Shown here in pieces: positions 12,341 through 26,773 of a DNA stretch of 64,000 bases; position 1 is the stretch's first letter, and each line of letters starts with the position of its first letter. The notes below the pieces were generated by a model. It worked only from the letters and a program-made list of their open reading frames with translations. It made no database searches and had not been told where the DNA came from. Source of the DNA: Lama guanicoe (lineage: Eukaryota); assembly GCA_013239625.1 (NCBI GenBank), contig MU053876.1:175394-239393 (forward strand), given 5' to 3'. The translations under genes were made by a program, and so were the position numbers.

Positions 12341-15214
12341 TTACATTCTTTATTAGTCTTCCAGACAGCATCAACTTACATTATTTGATATTTCCCAAAC
12401 ATACCCAGTGTGTTCTGTCTCTATACCATTGCTCATGCTCTTCTTCTTACTCCATCATTACCTGTAAACTGCCTACTTTGAAGACCCACCCCTTAAACAC
12501 CGTGTCTTTCCAGAAGTCTTTCTGGATATCCCCAACTGGCTGCAATTTCTCCCTGCTTGACCTTCCTGTCCTCTTAACTTCAGGTACTGACAACATTCTG
12601 CTACATATTATAATGACGTTACTGTCTAATTCCCACCACTGCACTGTAAGCTCGCCCAGGGAAGAGGCATTATTTTTGTACCTCCAGCAATAAATGAGTT
12701 GATGATGAAGACATTGTTGTCTCTGTGTTGATCTCAAAATGCCTCTAAATAATGCTTTAACATGAAGGAGTCGTTCATATCACTTCCCTAATTTTGCTCA
12801 ATTTCTTCTATATTTCTGTGGGGCATAGGGAACTGGCTAAATATACTAACAGATGGGAAAGGGATTAGTGAGTAATTTTTTATTTATAACAATACATTAC
12901 AATGCATTACTACTTAAATTGAATTTATTAAAGAGACCACCAAAGTCGGCAGAACCCCACCAAACAGTTCTAAATAATTTAATATAGCACAATTACTATA
13001 GATATTTGTAGCATTAAAGTGAAATTCATGAGCTAAAGAAAGTAAGAAAAGTCCATATGGGCTTTATGTAAGTTCTCCAAAGATTTCTGTATTCCATGAA
13101 CGTTATTGAAGAATGTTAGAGCAGAGTCTGAAAAAAATCAGAAAATGAGATCAAGTCTTCTTGAATTGAATTATTACATCATCCCATTGTTCAACAGAAC
13201 AAAGGTCTCAAAGATAGAGCACAGCCAATATGAATTCTTATGAAGCATCACTTTTTATTACAATGTTTACGTACTTTATTTGTGACTGATGTATCCCAGA
13301 TGGGAAAATTACAACATAACCAAGGAGTTCTGAATAATCTCAGAATATAATGAGACAGTGTGAATAAATACGTACAGGATAGGAGTAAAGATAAATGGAT
13401 GCTTATAATAGAAACTGTTTTTATTGTCTGTATGTGAATGAGAAAAATAATGACTGTTCTTCCAAATGAAAAAGTTGCCCTTATTCTTTTGATCTCCAAC
13501 ACTGCTGTTACAGGAAGTGCATACACTTTTAGCTACCGACTAACCCAGATGATGCAAGTCTTCTGGGTTTGAGAAAAATAATAGTTACTATATGAGTGTC
13601 CTCAGAGTCAGTGCATTTCAGTATTAGAATTTCAATTTTCATCATTCCCATTTCTAGGTAACATGTCATGTGTAACCAACAGCTGTACAACTGCAATACC
13701 AAACCCGCCTACTTCCAAAGATAATCTGAAGTGATTAAAAAGGTAATTTTAATATTCTGGATTAAAATTTCATAATATTCAAGAGAGAGGAGAAAAAGAT
13801 CAGGACTTAGTGTCAAAAACGTAGTTTCTCATCTTGGCTATGCAACTTCCTAGCTCTATAATCCGTGAGGTAAAGAAAGTGGGGCTAGACGGTTTCTAAA
13901 ACATTGTCCCCCTTTCCTACTTCTTGATTTATGCTTTCAGACTGTTCTTCCTCAAAAATCCTCTACTCCGCCTGCTGGACCATTAGCTCCTCGGCTATGT
14001 TCCTTTGAAGCATGTCTCAGAGCCCACATTTCACTAGCCACCCTTTCATCACATCTGTGTTAAGTCTTGTCAGCTCTCAAGACTTACTATATCTTACTTG
14101 CTTTGCAGCATGTGCTGGTTTTCAGTGTTTCTTCTGTCTTCAGTTCACATATAATTTCTTTTAACTTGGCAATCATGTTAGAAAAAAGGTGTATTTCTTG
14201 TCAATCATTAACATTCAACACTCTTCATCACCTTCAGTCCCCATCTGGGGCCTTCAATCTGGTATCTGCCATCGTCTTTCATGAAATATGCTTTTATCAC
14301 TATCTTCAAGACAATTAAATAGAGCAGGTATGAATTCCCTTCGGCAAATGTTCATTGAGTGTTTCACTGTCCTTCTCACTAACCAGCCCAATGTAATGTT
14401 ATCAGCTCTGAAGTCAGGAAGTGCACGAGGAGTCCAGAATCTACTAATTACCAGTTGTATAGCTTTGGGAAAGTCGTTTAACTTCATAATTTTATCTGCA
14501 AAATTACTATTTTATAGAGAAGTTGTAAAGATAAATTGAGAAAAATAAGCATATGTAGTAGAGAATACTGATTGTAATAAAAATTAAAGAACAGCGTTTA
14601 TACTAGGGACAATCAAGTTTGGAAGTTCTCCCAATACTTCCAGAGTTGGATTTTTTTCTTTTTCATTCTTAGGAAGAGTCCATGAAGAAAAACCAAAATA
14701 CAGAGAAGGAAGGTAGAGTATATAATAGCTAAAAGAGATAGGGGTTCTACTGGGATGAATCTGAAGATACTGTATACCAATTTAGCAAAGTTTAAAACTA
14801 CATTAGTCTACGATTTTAAAATGGTAAAGGATTATTTGAAATTCTCACATATTAATGACAAAAATGGAAATTGGTGGACACTTGGGGAGAGAAATTTTGA
14901 AGTATGTGACAAAAGCCTTTAAAATGTATCCAGATAGCAGAGGTATTTCATCACAGTTAAATTGCTGATTTGGAGAACTACATTATAGTCATGTAATAAT
15001 AAAAATAATTTCTTGTTTTTGGAAATAACGTACTGAAGTATCAAGTGGTAAAGACAAATCATATCTGCAAGCTACTCTTTGTAAAGATTGCATTCCTTGC
15101 CAAGTGTGGTCAGCCTCTCTGGCACCAGCAAGTTACACCAGGAATGCTAACTGTCATTCCCGTGGCCACCTGTGAGCTGGGCACAGGGACAGTAAGTGGC
15201 TATTAAAACTAACC

Positions 15215-15720
15215 ATCGTTAGTTAGTTCCGTGTGTCAACTTGGCTGGGTCAGGGTACCCAGATATTCGGTCAAATATTATTCTGGATGTTTCTGTGAAG
15301 GTGTTTTTTAAGATGAGATTAACATGTAAATTACTGGGCTTTGAGTAAGGCAGATTATCCTTCACAATGTGGCTGGGCCTCAGCCAATCAGTCGAAGGCC
15401 TTAACAGATCAAAAACCAATCCTCCCGAAGCAAGAAGGAATTTTGTCAGCAGACTGCCTTTGGACTTGAAATGCAACGCCCCACTGAGTCTCTAGCTTGC
15501 TGGTCTACCCCAGCAGATTTTTTTTGGGGGTGGGGGGGGTGGGGGGGCTTACCAAGTCACCACAATCGTATGAGCCAGTTCCTTAAAATAAATTGCTCTC
15601 TCCCTCTCTCTATATGTATATACAGATACACACATACACATATATATAATGTGTATATACACACAGACACACACACACATCCCGTTTGTTGGTTCTGTTC
15701 CTCTGGAACGCCCTAACACA
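15215..15720 (+). mobile_element. MLT2-type ERVL solo LTR
   Basis: gtgtcaacttggctggg...cccagatattcggtcaaatattattctggatgtttctgtgaaggtgttttt...ggttctgttcctctggaac. Confidence 0.85.
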
Positions 15721-17139
15721 GTGGGTAAGTAAAAGCGTCACATGGCTCACTTACTGAAATGAGCAGCTGCTTTCTTTAGTAAGCACTCTTCTGGGTATTG
15801 TCATGTTTTTATTAGATTCCAAAATTAGATTCCAGAAGTCCAAAAAAGTTAAGTCTAACAGTTTCTGCCAGCTTAATCATTGCTTTAGTGAAGGGATTGA
15901 TTTTAAATTCCCTAATCTGCTATTTTCAGTAATACCACTACAACTTACTCTTAAATGATTCAATATACATACCCAATTATATACTGAATATACATTCCTA
16001 CATCATTATTTTTAAATATTACCATTGAGAATATTGGGGAAATCTGAGTATAAAGCAACTGGAAATTCTTCCTTCTATTCTTCAAACTTTTCTTTACATG
16101 ACATTATATCAAAATAAAACAACTTTTTAAACTTAGCTGTCTCAGAGACTGGTTCAAGATGGGAGACTGAATACACGCCAGAGCTTCTCATGCCACCCCA
16201 AGTGCCAGGAAATCACAGAAGAGTATACCTATCTCCATATCTTCTAAAAAATATATATTTTTTAAAAAAGCAGGCAGTACCTTCAGGTCTCCAGAAACTA
16301 GGAGGACTCCTCCCATGAAAGAAGATAGATGGGAATGAAGAGAAGGAAGCCACAGCCCAAAACATAAACAGATGAAAACGCCTACAAAGATGGAAGCTGG
16401 TCCGAGGGTATGCTAAGCCTACAGTGTCAGATAATGAATACAGGACAGGTCTGGGATAGCCAAGAGAGTGAGGGTCACCTCTCTTTGGGCCAGACAGTGA
16501 GCAAAGAGATGTCTATCGTCAGGTAGAGCAGAGCCAACCAACCCTGGGGTGAAGGGGTAGAACAGGGGCTTCAGGAGGCTAGCAACACCCAGGAAGAATA
16601 GAGTTCTCACGACCCAGAAGAAGCCACTGGCTCACCCCATCTAGGAATTTGGTCCTACCACTCCTCCTTCCGTATTTGGAGAAAAGCTAAAGTAACGAGA
16701 GAGTTTATAAACAATCCCAAGTACAGAGCTGAATACTCAATCACAAAAATTAAAGAAAAAAACCCAATAATGGAAGAGAGGAAACAAACCCAACCAAAGA
16801 AAACATTCATTACCTAGGAAACACAAGTTTTATAAACTAAACAAGATGGCATTTTAGAATGTCTACTAACTCCAGAAAGATATGAAAGGATATTCATTTC
16901 TTTAAAAGAATCAACAGACTGTTATGGAAATTTAAATTCTGACCACTGAAATTAAAAAAAAAACAATCGATACACTGTCAAAATAAAAATAAATAAACTG
17001 CAAGACTGAGCCAAGGGTTTTTCACAGAATGCAACCCACATTTAAAAAAATGACGTATAAGAGAAATGAATACACTAGGAAACCAGCAAGAGAAAAACAC
17101 ATAAATAACCAACAGAGTTGATCAATGTGGACTGTCATT

Positions 17140-17572
17140 AAAACAGACAGTCAAACAAACAACTCAGAAACTGGGTGGCTTCAACAACCATCTTCAACAA
17201 CATAAAACAAATTTATTTTCTCACCGTTTTGGAGGATGGAAGTCCAGGATCAAGGTCCTGGCTGATGTGGCTTCTGGTGAGAGCCCTCTTCCTGGTTTGT
17301 GGATGGCTACCTTTCACTATGGTCCCTCTCATGCAGCCTCTCCTTGGTGCATGAGCAGAGAGAGAGAGTGTGCGTGCACAGAAGCATGCAAGAGAGCTTT
17401 CCGGTGCCTCTAATTTTAAAGTCACTTATTCTGTCATATTGGGCCCTTACTTTTATGATCTCATTTATCCTTAATTACTTCCTTAGAGGCTCCTTCTCCA
17501 AAGACAGCCACACTGGAGATTAGGGATTCAACATATGAATTTGGGAGGCTCACAAACATTCATTCCATAACG
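17140..17572 (-). mobile_element. MLT1-type MaLR solo LTR
   Basis: actgggtggcttcaacaac...ggttctggtgagagccctcttcctggtttg-like core...ggattcaacatatgaatttggg...cacaaacattcattccataac. Confidence 0.8.
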
Positions 17573-18724
17573 ATCAATAAATCCAAAGTTGGTTCTTCAA
17601 AAGGAGAAAAGTCAGAAATAAATCATATTAGAAATATAGCTGTAGAACTATAGCAAAATGTAAAAGTTCCTAGAGGATAGCCTGTATATATTTAACCCAA
17701 AGGAGATCTTAAAAGCCAGATAAGCAGAGCATAAGAAAAGTTTATGTTAATCTCATTTAGGAAGGAAGATTTAAAAAAATCCTAGCTAAAGCAGATCAGA
17801 TCTGTAAAGTAAATCAGATCTATCAGAATATTAAGGAAAAAATTGATCATGGCCAAATAGGCAATCAGAAATAAGAGTTAATTAGTCCAACACTGGTCCC
17901 CTCCAAGCTGGTTTCTCTGAAATGTAGCATCTTTCAAAGTTACATGGAATCTGGTTATGGCCCAAAGCCTGAAGCAATCAATACTGGTCAACCACAAAAT
18001 GTGGACCCCAGTACTACCTCCTCACGCCAGGGAAGGGGATGGTACTAACCCAATCATGTATACTGGTGTGCCCTACTGCAAGTTAGGCATGTGCTAACTT
18101 ATAGCTTCTTACAACTGTAATCAAAAGTCTTAGCTTTCCCATCCACCTTGAATGCCATACTGTCAGGAAAGTACTTGAACCAAAGTTCTGCCACATTTTA
18201 TTACTACTGCATTCTGTCTCTGATCATGCCAGGGGAGAAGGTGGTATTTCTCTAATTACTCAGGAAAAGCGCCATAGTTCAATGATCAAGGGCCTCTACT
18301 GGTATGTGTCCTATGGCCCTAACAGATTGTGATGTTCTGCGTCAGAGTGGAATGAGGTGATGGAGGCTCACCAACCAGCTATGTGCACATTCTCTAGCAA
18401 GTACTACAACAGCAAGTCTGATACACGGGCTGCTTGGCCACTTGCACTGTTCGCATGACATGCCACATTACAGACTAGAGAAGGAAAACCATATATGATC
18501 ATCTGAATAGTCACTCTCCCAAAAGCGTGTGAGGAATTCAACATTCATTCATCCTTTTTTACAACAAAAAATAGAGTTCAATCTCAACCCGGCACCATTT
18601 ATGAAAATAAATTCTAGACTGACTAAACAGTAATGTAAAATATCATACATAGCATTGAAGTAAAAAATGCATTTGTATGTAAGACACAAAAAAGTCATAA
18701 AGGAAAGACTGATAAACTTGTACA

Positions 18725-19277
18725 TGTAATAGAAAAGAACAAACCTGACTCCATGTTAGATCTGTTCCTTTGGCTTTAACCCTGTGCCCTGTCTTCTAGG
18801 CTGAGTCTTACTGGCTCTGTACCTCTTGTAACAGAATGTTGCCTAGAGCCTGAAATAGACAGGAGAGCCTGTTCTCAAGGCTCTGCCCTTTAAGGATATT
18901 AACACTTTGGGATATTAACACTTTTTCATTCATATAAAGACAACAAGTTGCAGAACAGAAAATAATGTTTGTTTTGTTGGAGGTTTTACAGGGGCACCAT
19001 GACCTGACCTACATGGACAGTTACAAGAACAAAGGATTCCAAGAACAAAGAATTCCTACACCAAGAAGTTTGAAACAACCAACCACATCCCTCCCCTTTT
19101 TTGTATAAAAGGAGCCTGAATACTGACTTGCAGAAGATGGTTCTCCAGGACATTAGTCTGCCATCTTCTTTGGCTGCAGGCTTTATGAATAAAGTCTGTA
19201 TTCCTTGCCCCAGCACCTTGTCTCCCGATTTATTCGCCTGTCATGTGGCGAGCAGAACGAGCTTGGATTCTGTAACA
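18725..19277 (+). mobile_element. Intact-length ERV1-type solo LTR (553 bp) nested in an old L1
   Basis: TG...CA termini (tgtaat.../...gtaaca), near-perfect 4-bp TSD taca/aaca, TATAAAA at about 19104, AATAAA at 19188. Confidence 0.85.
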
Positions 19278-19304
19278 AACATGGTGAGATTAAATCTCTG
19301 TGTA

Positions 19305-19341
19305 ATCAATCAACCAACCAATCAATCAATCAATCAATCAA
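19305..19341. repeat. (AATC/AACC)n tetranucleotide repeat
   Basis: atcaatcaaccaaccaatcaatcaatcaatcaatcaa. Confidence 0.9.
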
Positions 19342-21312
19342 TGTATAAGGTAAACTGAAAGGCACGAAAAAGACAAGGATGAAATATTTTCATATGGATT
19401 AATATTCAGAATACAGAGAGTATGAAGTGAACATACTCAGAAGGCATCATGAAAGCAGAGAAGCCTCAAGGTTGCTTTTCTATTTATATTATTTTTAAAA
19501 TGCTGTAGTGAGACTAAAATAAAGGTATTTAATTTCCTACAAAAAGACTGAGTATTAGTATCTAACAACATAAAAAACACCAAACAGATCTGTAATTTCT
19601 AATACATTACAAATTTATGTGACCAGATATAGTACATTCCACGAGTAAGAGGGGTGGAAGGGGGGAAACAAGACTGTGGTTGGGTCTAGTAACAAAAAAA
19701 TACAGAAGGGGAGATGGTTCATATTAGAGTATATTCTACCAAGACCAGTTAAAAAGTACAAAATTAAATTCAAATATAACTCAGGAGAGGGAAGGTAATG
19801 GGCAAGATTCTTATACCTCAAAGGGCATGGGAGAGCCAGCCAACTCACTATGTAGTTTGTGTATACTGTGATATGCAGTATGTAGGTTTTTCCAAAAGGA
19901 AGAAGTATAGAATTGCAATTTTAGATTAATAATTATAAAATTATAGGATACCCATAAAAATGACTCACTGCCTATCATTATTTATACTATCCAATATTTT
20001 AAATCCGGTTTTAAAATTAAGCACTGAGTCACATTTTTATAAGGTAGGCAAGATGTTCTTGCCTCATTATAAAAAGTCTGAACTGGTGAAGTTTTTTTTT
20101 TCTTTAACTTTCAGAAAAGCAGCAGTGAGAGTACTTTGGTTTGGGCTCAGATGAGTGGCTTTTAATGAAGCTATGAGAATTGAAGAGCTCCACTTTCAGG
20201 ATTCATTAATCCCCTAACATCTCAATGTTTAGAAAGCCTGACTAGAAGAAGCCATCCATCCCCAAATCAGCCCGCTTAGCATTACTACACACCTCCTTTC
20301 TTCCAGTAGAATTTTCTTGAATATAAAATGAAAAAAAAAATCCTAACAGGTTAAAACAAACCAAATGCCTGGTAAATACTTAACAAATTCAACTGAAGAA
20401 CTAAATGTGACTTGTGCAGGTTTCCAGCGAAAACATCAGTCACATAATACAAACAAAAGTCAACCATTCACATACATGGTAAACTCTAAGAAATGTACCC
20501 CAAGAAGCATTAACCTTTGTACTGTGTCATCTTGAACACCTATATACATTTTATTTTTTTCATATAGTGTAACATTTTAATAGAATATATTAGCTACTAT
20601 GTGATATTGCTTTGGTGCTAGTTACACAGGATCTTTTATCTTAAAAGATGCAAGTTTTCCCAATGAAGAGCTTTGGTTCTGCTTTAGAAGTGTCATTTAA
20701 ATTAAACACCTTATCAAATATTAACACAGGGAGAGGTGACACCGGCTGCAACATAAACAGTCAAGTTACCTCTCTATGTCTTTAGGAATTACTTTCTCCT
20801 TCAAGGTATTTACACTAGAAAGCTTAGTGTGTCCTGATTAATATTTCAGTAGTAAAGGTTTGAGCGATCAGAACCTTGGCAAATTTTAATTCAAAATTGT
20901 GAACAAATACTTGTAGTGACAAGACTATGAAATTGAGTTATTACAAATTTAGTATTAGGAGGGAAAACAATCGTCTTTGAAAAATGCCTTAACCACTGAC
21001 TGCTTCTCAAGACAGAAGGATCAAAGTACAGATGGTTTATCATACGATTAATCCTATTCTGTCCTCTGACATTTCCGTAATCTCATTCATTAGAAGGGGA
21101 TTTAGAGACTTAAGAGCACTTTATTGCCGCATTCAGCTTTCCTATGAAATAATCAGGATCATAAACATTATGTATACTTTTTTCTCTTTTAGTAAACTAG
21201 ATACTGGCTTTAGAACCTGTGGAGATGGAGACAAGAAGAACCAACTGGAAACCATTCTAGAAATTGTCTTTCGGCAGAAGAGCAAGCATCCAAATGAGAA
21301 ACAGGATAGCCA

Positions 21313-21698
21313 CTGTTAAGGGCTGAACTGTCTTCCTTTACTCCCAATTTATATGTTGAAGTCCTAAACTCCAGTACCTCAAAATGAAGTATTTGGAGGC
21401 AGGATCTTTAAAGAGGTAGTTAAATGGAAATGAAGTCATGAGGCTGGGTCTTAATCCAATCTGACTGGTGTCCTCACCGGAACAGAAGTTGGGACACAGA
21501 CAAGTACCAAGGGAAGACAATGTAAAAGATACAGGGAGAAGACCCCCGTCCACAAGCCAAGGAGAGAGGCTGAAACACATCCCACCTCAAGGATCTCAGA
21601 AGGAACCAAGCCTGTCGACACCTTAATTTCAGACTATCTGTTGTTTAAGCCACTTAGTCTGCAGAACTTTGTTATGGCTGCCCTAGGAAATGCATACA
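21313..21698 (+). mobile_element. MLT1B-like MaLR solo LTR
   Basis: tgttaagggctgaactgt...atatgttgaagtcctaa...aatccaatctgactggtgtcct...ctgttgtttaagccacttagtctg...ctaggaaatgcataca. Confidence 0.85.
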
Positions 21699-23639
21699 GC
21701 CACTTCTGCCTTTCCAAAATGTAAACGGGTTTTGTTCCCCTTCAGTCTCAACCCCAGTCGCCACTCCTCAATGGGAGTGAGTGGGAGGAGGCTCTGGCCC
21801 CTGCTCCTCCAGCTTCTCGGAAGGTGCTTTCCTACTGGTACAGTAAGGCTTAAATAGATGTGTTAAGGAGGACCTCCCCAAAACGCCTTTATAGATAAAC
21901 CCGCAACATACTTTTTACGTTTTCCAGCACCTGAGGTTAAAAAGGGGAAGACAGGTGTTTCGTTAGAACCACAAACCATCTCCGCATCAGAGCCCTCATC
22001 TGACTGGTAACTGCAACAAGGGACTGGCTGGAGAAGAACTGAGAGGGGGCTGTGGGCATCAGAATCATGATGTTCAAATTCTTCCTGCAGTTTCCTGATC
22101 TGGTTGCCTCTTCATCCCGTTCGAGGCAGTTTCCACTTCCTTTGGATTCCATGTGGAGTTCAGACTGGGTCCTGCCCTGGTATCTACCACGTGACTCTGG
22201 TTTTTGGCTTGTTTTTTATCCTGCTGGCTGCTTCTCCTGTCTTTTCACAAGCAGTACTCAGCCACGCAAACATGTTCCCAAAGAGGTCTCATGTAACCGC
22301 GAAGAGTTCTGAAAGTGCTTTCAGCATTTACCGTCACCACGTTGAGAATCGGAGATCGGCAGTCCATTTTTGGCTTGTAAAACTAAACATCTTTTCTTTT
22401 AGAAAGAGTCTTCCAAAAGCAGCCATTCCACACTCAGTAACAATACCCTCCACCCATGTCCAGTACCCCCAACCCCTCAACTGCCGTATCTAGGAAGACT
22501 GTGTCCTGAAGTTTTCCCTGGGATTTTTTTGGTTTTGTTTTTAACAAAGAAGTAGCAGAGAGCAAAGCTTCAAAAGCCTAAGGAGCAGTATCCATGGCGG
22601 CGGGCGAGGTAAAGTGGCATTACAAGAAAATGTTTAGGATCTAAATGCATACCGTACCACTTGGTGGGACACAGAGGATAAGAACATAAAGATTAAAAAT
22701 ACAGCTTCATCTTCCGCTCCTCAGTTCTTATTTCTAAGAAAGAGTTTTTATTTGCTCCCGGGGACTTCGTCGGCTGATGGGTAAAAATGCAGATGTGGAG
22801 GAGCTGAGAATGCTCCTTACAGAAGAAAGAACAGGAAGGTGTTCTAACACTAGATTTGAGAGGTCATAGGAGACAAGAGGGAGTGAAGTAAGGATGTGAT
22901 CAAACAAAAAAATTAATGAAATTTGAGGGAATAGAGGCAAATAATTCCTGCAAGGTTTGGAACTCTAAGGACAGATGGATAAAGTGAATTCTTAGAAGTC
23001 TACTTCGTATTAAATGAAGGGCTTCCTCCTCTGCCGCCCCTTCAAGAGACTTTATAAAGGCTGAAATTAACACTCAATGCTTTTGGTTTTTTTTATGCTT
23101 AGGAAAAATTCTACTTTATTAGAAGGCAGTTGAGGCTCATGAACTTAGTTCATATCATACTAAGGGCCTAATAGTTACCTGCGTCAGAGTATCATTTACT
23201 AAATATTTACTAAATGTCCTGATTTAGTGAAGACACGGTCAGTGAAAGATGAGCAAAGACTGGCCTGGCTGCTCACTCATCCCACTCAGCACCCCTAGGG
23301 CTCTGCCACCACCCTCCAGGACTGCCTACCAACCAGCCATTCCCCATAGAGAGGATTGTAGAATGTTCTCTCTAGAGTTCCATAGTAGTACACTTGAACT
23401 CTTTTTCTTGAACTCATTAAGGTCTTTTATTTTGTCTTAAAGTATACTTAATAGTATACATTTTGAATAGAAAATATGGACAATTATCATGAAAAAACTT
23501 TAAAAAAGATGATTCAACCATACTGAGTTATTTAGCATATAAAAATTCTTGTATTTGAATCTCTAAGTTGTTCATATATTCAATTAGCATCATACTGTCA
23601 GTCTTTCTAATTTTTCTTTTACTTTTTACATTTGATTTT

Positions 23640-24900
23640 CTGAATTATATTTTTATTGAAATATTGTTAAATTACATTTTTATAGAAGTATAGTTAATTT
23701 ATAATTTATAATATCATATTAGTTCCAGGTGTACAACATAGTCATTCAGTAATTTTACAGATTATATTCCACTTACAGTTTTTACAAAATAATGTCTCTG
23801 CTTCCCTGTGCTGTACAATATATCTTTGTTGCTTATTTGTTTTATACCTAGCAGTTTGTGCCTCTTAATCCCAATACTCCTACCTTGTCCATTCCCCCTC
23901 CCTCTTCCCACTGGTAACCACTATTTGTTCTCTGTATCTGTGAGTCTGTTTCTATTCTGTTGTATTCATTCATTTTGTTTTAGATTCCACATATAAGTAA
24001 TAATATAAAGTTTTTGTCCTTCTGTGATTTACTTCAAGCATAATACCCTCTAGGTCCATGTTCATTGTTGCAAATGGCAGAATTTCATTCTTTTTATTGC
24101 TGTATAATATTCCATTGTATATATATACCACATCTTCTTTACCCATTCATGATGTCATGATGGATACTTAGAAACTTCCACATCTTGGCTATTGTGAATG
24201 GTGCTGCTATGCACACTGGGGTGCATGTATCTGTCTGAATTAGTGTTTTTACTTTTTTTGAATATACACCCAGGAGTGGAATTGCTGGATTACATGGTAG
24301 TTTTCTTTTTAGTTTTTTGAGAATCCTCCATATTCTTTTCTGTAGTGACTGCAACAATTTTCATTCCCGCCAACTAGGGTTCCCTTTTCTCCACACCCTC
24401 ACCAACATTTGTTATTTGTGGTGTTTCTGATGATAGCCTCTCTGAAAGATGTGAGGTGATATCTCATTGTGGTTTTGATTTGTATTTCTCTGATTATTAG
24501 TGGTGTTGAGCATCTTCTCATGTGCCTGTTGGCCATCTGTATGTCTTCTGTGGAAAAATGTCTATTCGAGTCTTTCCCTATTTTTTAATCAGGTTGTTCA
24601 GTTTTGCAGATATTGAGTTGCATGAGTTGTTTATATATTTTGGTTATTAACCTCTTATCAGTCATAGCATTTGCAAATATTTTCTCCCATTCAGTAGGTT
24701 TTCTTTTTGTTTTGTTGATGGTTTCCTTTGCCATACAAAAGCTTTTACGTTTAATTAGGTCCCATTGTTTTTGCTTTTATTTCTTTTGCCTTAGGAGACA
24801 GAGCCAAAAAAAAAATATTGCTATGATTTACATGAAAGACTGTTTTGCCTATGTTCTCTTCTAGGAGTTTTATGGTTTCCAGTCTTACATTTAGGTCTTA
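23640..24900 (-). mobile_element. L1 3' portion (ORF2 C-terminus remnants and 3'UTR)
   Basis: Minus ORF 24139-24357 LPCNPAIPLLGVYSK...TCTPVCIAAPFTIAKMW matches the L1 ORF2 C-terminal motif. Confidence 0.92.
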
Positions 24901-26773
24901 ATATTCAATGTGTTTAAAAACAGAATTTGTATTTTTTTAAATGTGACACTGAGCTGGCCTTATCAGGATGGGAACAAGAAAGCCTCAGAGCTGAGGAATA
25001 TGTGAAGGACTACCAGATGAGATTTGGGACCAATGGTAACTCTACCTCAGATTAAATCATCACCCGAAGACAAAGCCACAAATTACCTTCACCATAACCA
25101 TCCAGGGGACTAGGTTTCTCCAAGAATTACTGTAAGACATTAAAAAACGTGGATTTTAATTGGGAATTCAGGCCTTAAGATTAGATATTTACAGATGGAA
25201 ACCAGATTTAGGCAGCATCACATGATTTCACAAAATGAAAGTACTCTCTTGGGGAGTTACAACTGAAAAATCATTCTAATCTAGGCTTCAAAGACATGTA
25301 ATTGTTCAAGATGGTGTCTTTCCTGGTCTGAAAGGGGAGGTCTGAGGAGGAAACAATTAGACTGGTTGAGGGTTCCTCCCTCTTTTGACTGGCTGTGACT
25401 GAAACCATGGAGATTGGCATACCATGCTGTAGGCATCCAGCAGGCTTTGGAACCACAGTAGGGGTGTTCATTGTCATCAACTGCCAGCATTAATGAGGAA
25501 CACTGCTAGCACGGGGGAAAAGGCATTTGAATTATGGCTAGAATAAACTAAGTGCTCTAACAGTGTCAGGCCCCAGAGGTTGAAAAATGCTGGAGATTAA
25601 GTGAGGATCTGTAAGAGTCTAGAATTTGGAATTCACAGTGAGCTCAAAGCCACAAAGAACTACTTCTGTAGCAGTATTTTAGGCTCTCTCTTCCCCCCTA
25701 CTCCACACTGCACCCCCCGCAAAGAACTATACACTTAAACGTGAAGATTTCTTGGGATTCTTAGGTCAAGTTAACATCCATGTAGCAAAATAAAGGGAAA
25801 ACAATCTGCCTACATATTCATATTTCGAGAGTTTTGAAATGGGCCCTCCAGCAAGGAGTGGAGGAATAAAAATGAAGAATTAGAAATGACAAGATCAGGT
25901 TAGTGCAGGAAATGTTCACCTTGAGAAGAATTACTAAATAAATTACTCTTTCCTACTAACAAGGAGCAAGTCTTAGAGAAGGCAGTGAGGACTGTCAGGG
26001 AGAACTTGGGGCACAGAGACGACTCAGTGTCCTGATTTCGTCCCAAATCTCCCAGCCTGATTTAGTTGTAAATTTGTGACTACAAACCTCAAAAGGCTAC
26101 TCAACACTTCTCCATAATCCTACCACAGCTCCCTTTCAGTTTCCTTTCTCATTCACCTACACAATTTCTCCTCTTGAAAACATACCCTTCTGCCTCCCCA
26201 CCTTAGCTAACGACCTCAGATTGGAAATATTTCTACGAATTCCATTATTATTTTCATCCAGGATCGATCATAAGCACATTCACACATGCATACACACACA
26301 TACACAGATTTGACCTTAGCTCACAGGCTAGGTTAATGCTAAGATATATCAGAATAAACCTGTTGTTTGCAAATTTAAGCCTCGTGTGGTAAAAATGGAA
26401 CCGTTCATCTTCCTTTTATTATATTTCCCATGTTAATTTTCCAATATTCCAAGTAATGCCTTCACAATGCCAAGCTATCAGGGAGTCTTCTGCTCTTATA
26501 TGCAGAATATATTTGAAATATACTTACCAAGTATATTATACAATTATCTGAACTTGGCATTAAGAATACAAATTTTAAAATAGCTCCAATTAATTTAAAA
26601 ATTATAGTAAACTAAACTTTACTAGTATTGTGGCTATTTAATGTTTGTGAATCTTAACTTTAAATACTTAACATCACAGCATGTTGTTAGAATATGTATC
26701 CTGTTTATAATATATGATGAGTGATACAAGTTAACAGAAACAGGAAGATTAACTTAAAATAAGAACACACAAT

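Noticed and set aside
15526..15548. Poly-G/G4 tract
   Set aside because: A homopolymer expansion inside an MLT2 LTR, next to a T-run; prone to slippage and assembly error.
25087..25262. Alternative candidate ZCWPW2 5'UTR exon (minus strand, AAG/GTAATT donor)
   Set aside because: The acceptor has a short pyrimidine tract and a competing AG just upstream; no independent support.
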